From Candidatus Woesebacteria bacterium GW2011_GWB1_38_8b (GTDB lineage: Bacteria > Patescibacteriota > Microgenomatia > UBA8517): 43,633 bases of DNA. Made by a program: the position numbers and the translations under genes. How positions within the stretch are numbered: the stretch's first letter is position 1; the number at the start of each line of letters is the position of its first letter. Below, in pieces: positions 9,807 through 18,256 of the stretch. The stretch spans positions 1 through 43,633 of the forward strand of contig LBVN01000003.1 in the NCBI GenBank assembly GCA_000993115.1. The letters are read 5' to 3'. The notes under the pieces are model-generated. The model saw nothing but the letters and a program-made list of their open reading frames with translations, had not been told where the DNA came from and did not search any database.

Positions 9807-10925
9807 ATGTTAAGGACTATTAAACCCAAATTTTTTAAATATAAAAACGGGAAGCTTCCTTTGCCTGTATTTTTTCCTGACGCTACAAGGGCAGTTATAA
9901 GATCTCTTGATACGAGTGATTTGGAAGCAACGAAAACTAATGGAATATTGGTCAATACATTTCATCTTTGGAAAGATATGAATAAAAACATATTGTCAAA
10001 GGCCGGCGGAATAGGGCCATTTATGGATTTTGACGGGGCGATCATTTCCGATTCAGGAGGATTTCAAGTTGGGAGTATGATCAAGAAAAATCCAGGGGTG
10101 GGATATGTTGACGACGAGGGTGCTCATTTTAAAATAGACGGGAAAAAAGGATACCTCACACTAACTCCGGAAGACTCCGTTCGTTTTCAGATGGAATTGG
10201 GTAGCGACATGGTCGTAGTTTTGGACGATTTTGACGCGCCCGGTGCAGCTGAAGATGAAAACATGGAATCGGTAAAGCGAACAATTTTGTGGGCAGAAAA
10301 ATCTAAAAAAGAATTCGAAAATATTTGTGTAAAGAAAAAGCTTACCAAAAAAAACCGGCCTTATATTCTAGGAGTGATTCAGGGAGGAAGATATAAACGC
10401 TTACGGAAGTATTGTATAGATGCCTTGGTTGATTTGGGATTTGATGGCTTCGGCTACGGGGGAGAGGAAAAAATTAAGGGGATGGTTAATCACGATATAT
10501 CAAAGTTTGTTGCAGACAACACCCCTGGTGGACTATTGCTTTATGCCCTTGGAGTAGGAAAACCCGAAGATATAGTAGCTCTGTCTAAGCTAGGTTATAC
10601 GATATTTGATTGCGTACTTCCGACCCGTGACGCGCGGCATAAGCGAATGTATGTTTATAATGCGGACTCAATTGAAGAAATTAATATCAAAAGCCCTGAT
10701 TTTTACTCATTTTATACACCAGATAAGACAAAATACCTTGACGATTTAAGCCCTGTTTCGAAAGCTTGCGATTGTGTTACCTGCACGAGATATTCAAGGG
10801 GCTATCTTGCGCATTTGTTTAAAATCGGAGATTTTACAGCCGGAAGGCTGGCAACAATTCATAACCTGCGTTTTTATTCAATTTTGATGGAAAAAATTAG
10901 GGAGCAAAATAGGAGTAGGAAGTAG
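9807..10925 (+). CDS. tgt: tRNA-guanine transglycosylase
   Basis: NTFHL, DSGGFQ, VIQGG, FDCVLPTRDAR, Zn site CDCVTC...HNL. Confidence 0.9.
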   Translation: MLRTIKPKFFKYKNGKLPLPVFFPDATRAVIRSLDTSDLEATKTNGILVNTFHLWKDMNKNILSKAGGIGPFMDFDGAIISDSGGFQVGSMIKKNPGVGYVDDEGAHFKIDGKKGYLTLTPEDSVRFQMELGSDMVVVLDDFDAPGAAEDENMESVKRTILWAEKSKKEFENICVKKKLTKKNRPYILGVIQGGRYKRLRKYCIDALVDLGFDGFGYGGEEKIKGMVNHDISKFVADNTPGGLLLYALGVGKPEDIVALSKLGYTIFDCVLPTRDARHKRMYVYNADSIEEINIKSPDFYSFYTPDKTKYLDDLSPVSKACDCVTCTRYSRGYLAHLFKIGDFTAGRLATIHNLRFYSILMEKIREQNRSRK

Positions 10926-10961
10926 GATATAGGTTGTAGGTAGTAGGTTATAGGTAATAAC
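10908..10961 (+). repeat. Heptamer tandem array (nnnTAGG)
   Basis: aagtagg atatagg ttgtagg tagtagg ttatagg taataac, spanning the tgt stop. Confidence 0.8.
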
Positions 10962-11038
10962 ATTGGAAGGCTAAATCAAAATACAGGAAAAGTAGCATCT
11001 TGATTGGAAAAAGTAATAATGTAAAATGATAAAGCAAA

Positions 11039-11533
11039 ATGGAGGATTATAAAATCGGATTCAATTGGAAAAATATTGGACAGATTAGCCTGTTTTTAAT
11101 TTTAGCCGGCTCTGTTATTATTGGAGTTAGCTTATTAGATAAAGTAATTTATAAGAAAAATGGAGAAGCCAAGCCGGAAGTTAATGTAGTTCAAAATATG
11201 GATACTGTTACCGAGTTAAAAATCGAAGATCTGAAAATTGGGACCGGGCTTGATGTCAAAAACGGCAATACTGTTACCGTAAATTACAAAGGAACGCTTA
11301 TAGACGGAAAGCAGTTTGATTCTTCGTATGATAGCGGCCAACCTTTTTCTTTTAAAGTCGGAGAAGGTAAAGTAATCAAAGGTTGGGATCAGGGACTTTT
11401 GGGCATGAAAGTCGGTGGGATGCGAAAACTGACGATTCCGTCTTCGCTAGGATATGGTGAGCAGGGGGCAGGTGCCGATATTCCTCCAAATGCGACGTTA
11501 ATTTTTGAAATCGAACTTCTGAAAGTAGAGTAA
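11039..11533 (+). CDS. FKBP-type peptidyl-prolyl isomerase with N-terminal TM
   Basis: VTVNYKG.L.DG.QFDSS, VIKGWDQG, IPSSLGYG, IPPNATLIFEIEL. Confidence 0.95.
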   Translation: MEDYKIGFNWKNIGQISLFLILAGSVIIGVSLLDKVIYKKNGEAKPEVNVVQNMDTVTELKIEDLKIGTGLDVKNGNTVTVNYKGTLIDGKQFDSSYDSGQPFSFKVGEGKVIKGWDQGLLGMKVGGMRKLTIPSSLGYGEQGAGADIPPNATLIFEIELLKVE

Positions 11534-11544
11534 TTTGTAAGCTT

Positions 11545-11607
11545 CTTAATACTTATAGCCTAGAACCTACTTCTTATTACCTATTACCTACAACTTAATG
11601 CCTACTG
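11545..11607 (-). repeat. Heptamer tandem array (CYTAnnn x9), inverted relative to 10908-10961
   Basis: cttaata cttatag cctagaa cctactt cttatta cctatta cctacaa cttaatg cctactg. Confidence 0.8.
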
Positions 11608-11622
11608 TGATATCATTTAGTT

Positions 11623-12072
11623 ATGGAGCGACTTCAACCGTTAATTAAATTCTTAAATAAACCATTTGGAGTTTACGAATTTAAAGGAATTTCTGTTGAG
11701 CCAAGATATTGGATGGCTGGGGCAATAGTTGTATTGGTATTTCTACTTCTTTTGAGTTTGGCAAGACTGCGTTATGAGTATGTCCACTGGTCTGTTAGTA
11801 AACCCTCGCTAGCAATGATATTTTGGGGTTTTATAATTGCAATTTTATTCGAAGGGTTGTTGATGGTTTTTGGCAAAACCATGTTTACCGAAATTCTGGG
11901 TTGGAAAAACGCCCCGAAACCCATAAGTACAATAATCGATATTGGCAGGAATAAATTTGTGACTGTTATGGGAGCAAGCGACGAAAAAGCAAGTTACAAA
12001 AGTGTTGTTACTGATTATGAAAGTTTAAGTGATAAAGAAGGTGAAAAAGTGAAAGATTATATCTGCAAATAA
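11623..12072 (+). CDS. Hypothetical 2-TM membrane protein
   Basis: Two hydrophobic helices; TGa-TATCAT just upstream of ATG. Confidence 0.7.
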   Translation: MERLQPLIKFLNKPFGVYEFKGISVEPRYWMAGAIVVLVFLLLLSLARLRYEYVHWSVSKPSLAMIFWGFIIAILFEGLLMVFGKTMFTEILGWKNAPKPISTIIDIGRNKFVTVMGASDEKASYKSVVTDYESLSDKEGEKVKDYICK

Positions 12073-12098
12073 TTCCCGTGCTGTATACTTTTTAAGTT

Positions 12099-13181
12099 AT
12101 GAATGATTCAAGTTCAGAAATAAATAAACTTCAAGAGGATTTTGGTGGATTGGTTAATAACTTTGGCTTGGAAGATAAGCAGATGAGGTTGAAAGAATTG
12201 GAAGCCAAATCAACGGACCCTAATCTTTGGGATGATCAGGAAAATGCGAGGGCAATAATGCAGGAGTTGGGGGATTTGAAGAACGAGATCGAGGAGTTTA
12301 AATCGCTGAAAGACGAAATCCAAATTTTGGCTGAATTGACAAAAGATGAAGATAATTCCGATTTGTCAAAAGAGTTTGCGGCGCTTCAAAAACGCTTTGA
12401 AAAATTTAAAATTAAATCTTATTTGTCAGGTCCGTTTGACAAGAAAAATGCGCTAGTTACGATTCACGCCGGACAGGGAGGGACAGAGGCGATGGATTGG
12501 AGCTCAATGCTTTTTCGAATGTACTCACGCTTTTGCGAACGAAAAGGCTGGGATCTGGAAACTATCGCAGCGTCTCCGGGTGAAGAAGCGGGTTTTAAAA
12601 GTATAACTTTCCGCGTAAGCGGAAGTTACGTTTACGGATATTTAAAAGGTGAGGGTGGAACGCATAGATTAGTCCGGCAATCTCCTTTTAATGCTGATAA
12701 GCTGCGACAGACTTCTTTTGCTTTAGTTGAAGTTCTGCCGGAATTTGATGAGGCTGACCTGCCTGAAGTTCAAATGAATGACGAAGATTTGGATTGGCAA
12801 TTTTACCGATCAGGGGGACACGGAGGACAAAATGTAAATAAGGTTTCAACTGCAGTAAGGTTGACTCACAAACCGAGCGGAATTGTAGTCACAGCACAAA
12901 CAGAACGGTTCCAGGAACGGAATCGAATGTATGCGCTAAATTTACTTCGTGCAAAACTGTGGGCGTTAGAAACAAAAAGAAGAGAAGAAAATATTGCCGA
13001 TATTAAGGGCGAATACAGACCGGCTTCCTGGGGAAATCAAATCCGCTCGTATGTCCTTCACCCGTATAAAATGGTTAAAGATTTAAGGACGGATTATGAA
13101 GTAGGGAATGCAGAATCGGTATTGGATGGGGATTTAGATGGTTTTATTGAAGAGGAGCTGAAAATAGGTAATAAGAATTAA
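12099..13181 (+). CDS. prfB: Peptide chain release factor 2 (no programmed frameshift)
   Basis: AGQGGTEA, HRLVRQSPF (SPF), GGQNVNK, WGNQIRSY; continuous ORF. Confidence 0.97.
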   Translation: MNDSSSEINKLQEDFGGLVNNFGLEDKQMRLKELEAKSTDPNLWDDQENARAIMQELGDLKNEIEEFKSLKDEIQILAELTKDEDNSDLSKEFAALQKRFEKFKIKSYLSGPFDKKNALVTIHAGQGGTEAMDWSSMLFRMYSRFCERKGWDLETIAASPGEEAGFKSITFRVSGSYVYGYLKGEGGTHRLVRQSPFNADKLRQTSFALVEVLPEFDEADLPEVQMNDEDLDWQFYRSGGHGGQNVNKVSTAVRLTHKPSGIVVTAQTERFQERNRMYALNLLRAKLWALETKRREENIADIKGEYRPASWGNQIRSYVLHPYKMVKDLRTDYEVGNAESVLDGDLDGFIEEELKIGNKN

Positions 13182-13196
13182 GTATTAGGTATTAAG
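13162..13196 (+). repeat. Heptamer tandem array across the prfB stop
   Basis: aaatagg taataag aattaag tattagg tattaag. Confidence 0.7.
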
Positions 13197-13258
13197 TATA
13201 AATTGTTTTGTTTTAACCACTTAACTTTATTAGATTTCCTGTGCTATATTAATAAAGT

Positions 13259-13774
13259 ATGGAAGTTGATATTCCGAAACAACCTGAACACAATACTGTA
13301 AATCCTGTACTTGAGCCGCAAAAACCTCCTGTGTTGAAAAAGTTCCCTGGAACAAAGGAGTCTACTAAATCAAACATGATGATAGTTGTGGTTGCATTTC
13401 TTGTTGTTGGATTGGGAGTTGCGACAGGATGGTTTTTGTCGGGGACAAAAGCAGGAACAAGCTCGAACTCTAGTGAGAAAACATCACAAAGCGGTGAGAC
13501 GGCCAAAAAATCGGATGCTAACGAAGAGGGTCAGCTTGATGAAGCTGTAAAATATCAGGATGCGGAAGGTAAATTGGTTGAGGGGGGAATTAAAGGTGAA
13601 GGAACTCATCATATTGAGCGTGATAATAACCCGAGCAGGTTTGTTTATCTGACTTCAACAGCGATTGATCTGGATAAATATATTGATAAAAAAGTACAAA
13701 TATGGGGAGAAACAATATCTTCTGTAAATGCTCCGTGGTTGATGGATGTGGTGAAAATTAAAATTACAGAGTAG
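13259..13774 (+). CDS. Hypothetical single-TM protein with small beta-rich C-terminal domain
   Basis: TM, Ser-rich linker, GEGTHHIER...VYLTS..IDLD..KVQIWG; TGc-TATATT upstream. Confidence 0.75.
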   Translation: MEVDIPKQPEHNTVNPVLEPQKPPVLKKFPGTKESTKSNMMIVVVAFLVVGLGVATGWFLSGTKAGTSSNSSEKTSQSGETAKKSDANEEGQLDEAVKYQDAEGKLVEGGIKGEGTHHIERDNNPSRFVYLTSTAIDLDKYIDKKVQIWGETISSVNAPWLMDVVKIKITE

Positions 13775-13775
13775 A

Positions 13776-13881
13776 AGCTATTTCAAAACCTATCGGTTTT
13801 GAGGCTCTGCAGCTTATAGCATCTGAGTTCAAAACATCTTCCCGAATTACTGAGCAATTCGTACAGGTTTTGAAATCAGCT
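13776..13881. repeat. 106-bp multi-hairpin element with terminal inverted repeats (MITE-like or structured RNA)
   Basis: agct-atttcaaaacct (13776-13791) ... aggttttgaaat-c-agct (13865-13881); inner stems gttttga/tcaaaac and cgaatt/aattcg. Confidence 0.65.
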
Positions 13882-13948
13882 GTAGTTCGGCGTTATCTTC
13901 GGGTTGTCGGAAAGCTAATGTTTTGATATCCTAAAAGGACTCATAAAT

Positions 13949-14953
13949 ATGCCCTTAATTTTAGAAGTAAAAAATATAGCAAAAAAGTTCGGCCGCATTG
14001 TTGCACTTCGTGATATTGATTTTAAGATTGATGAGGGTGAGTTTGTTTATATTACCGGAGCTTCGGGTGCCGGAAAGACTACACTTCTTAAATGTATTTT
14101 GCGCCAAATTTATCCGGATGCAGGGGAAATTATTCTGGACGGGAATGATATTGCAAAATTACCCCGAAAAAAAATACCTGAACTTCGGCAGCAAATTGGG
14201 GTTGTTTTTCAGGATTTCAAAGTTCTTCCGGAGCGGACAGTTCGGGAAAATGTTGAGGTAGCACTGGCTGTAATCGGCCTTCCGAAAAAAGATTGGGACG
14301 CAAGGGTTGATCATGTACTTCATCTCGTCGGGCTTTTTGACAGATCGGAACTTTTCCCAAATCAACTTTCCGGAGGAGAGCTACAAAGAGTATCACTTGC
14401 ACGGGCTTTAGTTGTTAATCCAAAAATTATATTGGCTGATGAGCCGACAGGAAATCTTGATTGGGAAACGGCAGATAAAATGATTGAGCTTTTTAATCTT
14501 ATTAATCATGAGGGGAAAACCATAATTATGGCGACTCACAATATGCAGGTTGTAAAGAAGTATAAAAAAAGGACGATTGAGCTGAAAGATGGGGTGGTTT
14601 TTAAAGACATGGGGGTTGAGATTGAGAGAGAGATTGAGAGTGAGCAAAAGAGGGATAAGGAAGAGGAGAAAAACGATGATAAAATCGGTGAACAATTAAA
14701 CGTAGTTGATGAGAGTGCAGCACAGAAGCCCGAGATTTTGGAAGGCGTTAATACAGAAAAAGTTGGATTGGAATCACCACCTGTTTCTCGCCCCGTTGAC
14801 GATTTACCGCCAAGCCTGGACGTGGCAAAGCCGGATGAGGAAGAACCAAAAGCAAATGACGTAGATAAGATAATTGAACACGCGAAGAAAAAACACAACA
14901 AGAAAAAATTAAAAAAGAAAAAGAAACCAGCTGAAGTTACTGGTATGGCATGA
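13949..14953 (+). CDS. ftsE: Cell division ATP-binding protein FtsE with long charged C-terminal tail
   Basis: GASGAGKTT, IGVVFQDF, LSGGE.QR, ADEPTGNLD; upstream of ftsX. Confidence 0.92.
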   Translation: MPLILEVKNIAKKFGRIVALRDIDFKIDEGEFVYITGASGAGKTTLLKCILRQIYPDAGEIILDGNDIAKLPRKKIPELRQQIGVVFQDFKVLPERTVRENVEVALAVIGLPKKDWDARVDHVLHLVGLFDRSELFPNQLSGGELQRVSLARALVVNPKIILADEPTGNLDWETADKMIELFNLINHEGKTIIMATHNMQVVKKYKKRTIELKDGVVFKDMGVEIEREIESEQKRDKEEEKNDDKIGEQLNVVDESAAQKPEILEGVNTEKVGLESPPVSRPVDDLPPSLDVAKPDEEEPKANDVDKIIEHAKKKHNKKKLKKKKKPAEVTGMA

Positions 14954-14965
14954 TACTCTTTAATT

Positions 14966-15886
14966 ATGGGTAATCAATTTAAAACAGCTTGGAAGTCTAT
15001 AAGAAGATCGCCGTTTCAGGCGATGTCGGCAATTTTGGTATTATCGATTACTTTTTTTGTAATCAGCACGTTGGCCGTACTTACTTACTCGTCCGATAAA
15101 ATACTTCAATATTTTGAGACAAGGCCGCAAGTAATTGCATTTTTAAAATCCGATGCAGCTGATGCTGATATAAACGCTCTTTCCGATAAGCTCAAAGTAG
15201 ATTCTCGGGTATCGAAAGTTACATTTGTTTCAAAAGAACAGGCACTGGAGATTTATAAAAAGGCAACAGAGGAAAATCCATTGTTGTCAGAGTTGGTGAG
15301 CCCGTCGATATTCCCTCCAAGCATAGAATTATCTTTGACAGATTTGAGTTTTGCCCAGGAAGTAATCACAGATATTAAAAAATATCCCGTAATTGATCAG
15401 GTTGGCTTTACCGCAAGTTTGGGAGGGGAAAAAACTCTTGATGATGTTATCAGCCGTCTTCGAAAAGTAACGTTTTATCTTCGTGCCGGAGGCGCGGCTT
15501 TCGCTATTCTTTTGGCATCGACATCATTTTTAGTTCTTATGATAATTATAGGGATGCGTATGACTGCCAGGCGTGGGGAAATTGAAATACTGGAGTTAAT
15601 CGGAGCAACCCCCGGTTTTATCAGAAGCCCAATAATAATTGAGGCGATTCTATATTCGGTGATAGGAGTTTTTATGGGATGGTTTGTGTCGCTTCTTCTG
15701 ACACTTTATACAACTCCGACATTGGTATCTTATTTTAAAGATATTCCGATTCTACCCAAAGATACAATGTCGCTTCTCCTTTTATTTTTAGTATTATTTG
15801 CGGTTGAAATCTTGATTGGATTTATTCTTTCTCTTACGGGCAGCTATTTGGCTGTTTCAAGAGCGAAGAGTAAGAAAAAACGATGA
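14966..15886 (+). CDS. ftsX: Cell division permease FtsX
   Basis: 4-TM pattern, FVSKEQAL, RRGEIEILELIGAT..FIRSP. Confidence 0.92.
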   Translation: MGNQFKTAWKSIRRSPFQAMSAILVLSITFFVISTLAVLTYSSDKILQYFETRPQVIAFLKSDAADADINALSDKLKVDSRVSKVTFVSKEQALEIYKKATEENPLLSELVSPSIFPPSIELSLTDLSFAQEVITDIKKYPVIDQVGFTASLGGEKTLDDVISRLRKVTFYLRAGGAAFAILLASTSFLVLMIIIGMRMTARRGEIEILELIGATPGFIRSPIIIEAILYSVIGVFMGWFVSLLLTLYTTPTLVSYFKDIPILPKDTMSLLLLFLVLFAVEILIGFILSLTGSYLAVSRAKSKKKR

Positions 15887-17067
15887 CACGAAAAATTACA
15901 CTTCTTCTTTTTATTTTCTTTTTCGCGGTTTTTTATAGCCAACAAGTCTCCAATACCGGATTTAATGGAAAAGTGCTGCTTGCCCAAAGCGAAGAAGAAA
16001 AACTTACAAAATTAAAAAATGATATTGAGCAGTACGAGAAAGAACTTGCACGATTAACGAGTGCTGCCAGTACTTTGCAGAACCAAATAGCTCAATTTGA
16101 TACACAAATAAAACTGACGCAGCTTAAAATTGCACAAACAGAAGAACAAATTAACCTGTTGGGAGGACGGATTGACCGGCTTGGCGAATCTTTGACTTCC
16201 CTGACCACCGCTTTTAACGAAAGGGCTGTCCAAACTTACAAAATGGCAATCTTAGGTCAACCATTGTATTTATTGGTAACTGCTCCGAATTTGAATCAGG
16301 CAGTATCAAGTTACCACTATCTCAAAAGAATCCAAAATGACGATATGGATTTGCTTAATAGACTTCAAAACGCCCAGGACCTTTATAAAACCCAAAAGAC
16401 CGATCAGGAAAAATTACAAGCCGACCTTGAGAAACAAAGGGCAAATTTGGCGTCGCAAAAAAATGCTAAGGCCTCGCTTTTGACGCAGACTAAAAATGAC
16501 GAGAAAAAATATCAACAGTTACTCGCTTCCGCAAAGAGCGAATTTGAAGCAATCCAGGCAATTATTTCGGGTCGGGGTGAGGAAGAAAAGGTAGGGCCTG
16601 TTTCTGCAGGTGCGAGAATCGCTTCAATTATTGACGGACCATCTTGTAACTCCAGCGGGAGGCATACACACTTTATTGTAAAAGATGGGGCGAATGTTCA
16701 AAACCCATTTTCGTATCTAAAACCCGGAATTGATTTTGAAAATTGTTCGGGAAGTAGTTGCGGAAGCGGCGATGGGGACTCATTTAATCCAGGAGGGAGT
16801 TGGGATTGGCCGATTAATGCAAAGGTGAAATTTACACAGGGGTACGGTTCCACTTGGGCTGTAAGAAATACTTGGGTTGGTCGGGTATATTCATCTCATA
16901 ATGGAATCGATGTTGACAGTGCATCAAGCACAGATATAAAAGCAGTAAAAACAGGTACGCTTTACCGTGGATCTTATTCAGGATCGGGTGGATGCAGACT
17001 TCGTTATGTCCGCGTTGATCACGACGATTCAGAAATCGAAACTTATTATCTTCATGTGAATTACTGA
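15883..17067 (+). CDS. Coiled-coil (EnvC/PcsB-like) murein hydrolase with circularly permuted M23 domain
   Basis: Signal peptide, long coiled coil, HTHF...NPFSYL followed by WP...HNGID...TYYLH; overlaps ftsX by 4 nt. Confidence 0.8.
   Translation: MTRKITLLLFIFFFAVFYSQQVSNTGFNGKVLLAQSEEEKLTKLKNDIEQYEKELARLTSAASTLQNQIAQFDTQIKLTQLKIAQTEEQINLLGGRIDRLGESLTSLTTAFNERAVQTYKMAILGQPLYLLVTAPNLNQAVSSYHYLKRIQNDDMDLLNRLQNAQDLYKTQKTDQEKLQADLEKQRANLASQKNAKASLLTQTKNDEKKYQQLLASAKSEFEAIQAIISGRGEEEKVGPVSAGARIASIIDGPSCNSSGRHTHFIVKDGANVQNPFSYLKPGIDFENCSGSSCGSGDGDSFNPGGSWDWPINAKVKFTQGYGSTWAVRNTWVGRVYSSHNGIDVDSASSTDIKAVKTGTLYRGSYSGSGGCRLRYVRVDHDDSEIETYYLHVNY
17035..17067 (+). repeat. Direct repeat copy 1 (3' end of the M23 gene)
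   Basis: atcgaaacttattatcttcatgtgaattactga; 29/33 identical to 18178-18210. Confidence 0.85.
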
Positions 17068-17103
17068 TTAGTTAGAACCGACAATAATCTGTTTTATAGT
17101 GTA

Positions 17104-17126
17104 CCCACAAGGGATAATCCCTTGTA
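17104..17126. repeat. RAYT-associated palindrome (REP-like)
   Basis: cccacaagggataatcccttgta; 22/23 match to the reverse complement of 34123-34145. Confidence 0.85.
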
Positions 17127-17178
17127 TAACCTTTTAATTTATTTCTTAGCCTCAAATTCTTTATTAATAAATCCTTAG

Positions 17179-18147
17179 TTGAATGTGCTAGAATCAGCGG
17201 CATTGGGAATTGAACAGCAGAGATATCAAATTGACAAAGATAGAGCTAAATCGGTAATAGAAAAAGCTTTAGCAGGACGGGAAGCGAGAACTGGTTTTTT
17301 TGCGACTAACTTTCAACCGGAAAAACCGTTTATTGAGATTGCACAAAAATATGGCATTCAGACCAATAATGAGGCGTTTTGCTTAAATGCGCTGTTTATG
17401 ACAACGCCATTTGTGATTGCACAAAATACGGGGCAATTTTTTAATCGAATAACAGATGCAAAACTGTTAAACGATTACGCATGGATTTTTGATCCGAGTA
17501 CTGCCATAAATGAGACTACTTCGGATCCTAATGGGGTATTAAGGAAGGCATGTTTAGACTATTTTAGACCTGCTGGTTATAGTGTTAATGCACTGGGCCA
17601 ATGGATGCACAACTTGAGTGTACTAAATGAAAAACACCAAGGTGATATTAGAAATTTTTTTAGGGAGTGCGAAGACGATGCAGTAAAAGTTGTCGACGCT
17701 CTAGTTGTACGCCCGAGGGCAAAGAGCAGCGAAAAAACAGGCTTCAGGCGGTATGGCCCTAAACTTGCCAGACTATTTGTTCAATGGGTTAACCAGTATG
17801 AATTATATGTTCTAAAAAACTCAGGTGAAGTTGGGGTACCCGTTGATTTTCAGATAGCGCGAGTGTTAATTCAGACTGATGCAATACCGCTTAGTGAGCC
17901 AGTACAAGCTCACACAATTACACATAAAGTGTTACTTCCTATGTTTACTGAATTGTGTAACGAGAATGGATTTAAACCACAAGAGGTATCTGAAGCATTG
18001 TGGACGATTGGAAGTGTAGGGTGTAGCAATAGAAGACATGAAGATTGCCCGGTTGCATCATTGTGTAATAGAATGATATCAAGAAATCCGTATGATAGGG
18101 GAGGAATGTTTGATCCTACAGATGTAGGAAGGTTTAAAAAACAGTAA
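17179..18147 (+). CDS. HhH-GPD superfamily DNA glycosylase-like protein with C-terminal Cys/His cluster
   Basis: YGPKLARLF (HhH), VPVDFQIARV (catalytic Asp position), ALWTIG..CSNRRHEDCPVASLC; start uncertain (TTG). Confidence 0.65.
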   Translation: MNVLESAALGIEQQRYQIDKDRAKSVIEKALAGREARTGFFATNFQPEKPFIEIAQKYGIQTNNEAFCLNALFMTTPFVIAQNTGQFFNRITDAKLLNDYAWIFDPSTAINETTSDPNGVLRKACLDYFRPAGYSVNALGQWMHNLSVLNEKHQGDIRNFFRECEDDAVKVVDALVVRPRAKSSEKTGFRRYGPKLARLFVQWVNQYELYVLKNSGEVGVPVDFQIARVLIQTDAIPLSEPVQAHTITHKVLLPMFTELCNENGFKPQEVSEALWTIGSVGCSNRRHEDCPVASLCNRMISRNPYDRGGMFDPTDVGRFKKQ

Positions 18148-18177
18148 CAGACTGGTTCAATTTTAGTAACTAGAAAT

Positions 18178-18210
18178 ATTGAAACTTATTATCTTCATGT
18201 AAATTATTAA
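18178..18210 (+). repeat. Direct repeat copy 2 (orphan 3' end of the M23 gene)
   Basis: attgaaacttattatcttcatgtaaattattaa, also encodes IETYYLHVNY*. Confidence 0.85.
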
Positions 18211-18256
18211 ATATCGCATGGAAAAACTTCTGAAAGTTGTGATATAACTTGATTTA

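Noticed and set aside
12099-12200. prfB +1 programmed frameshift
   Set aside because: The ORF is continuous and has no CTT-TGA slippery site.
17035-18210. Diversity-generating retroelement TR/VR pair
   Set aside because: Only 33 bp, differences are synonymous and not adenine-specific, and no reverse transcriptase is in the window.
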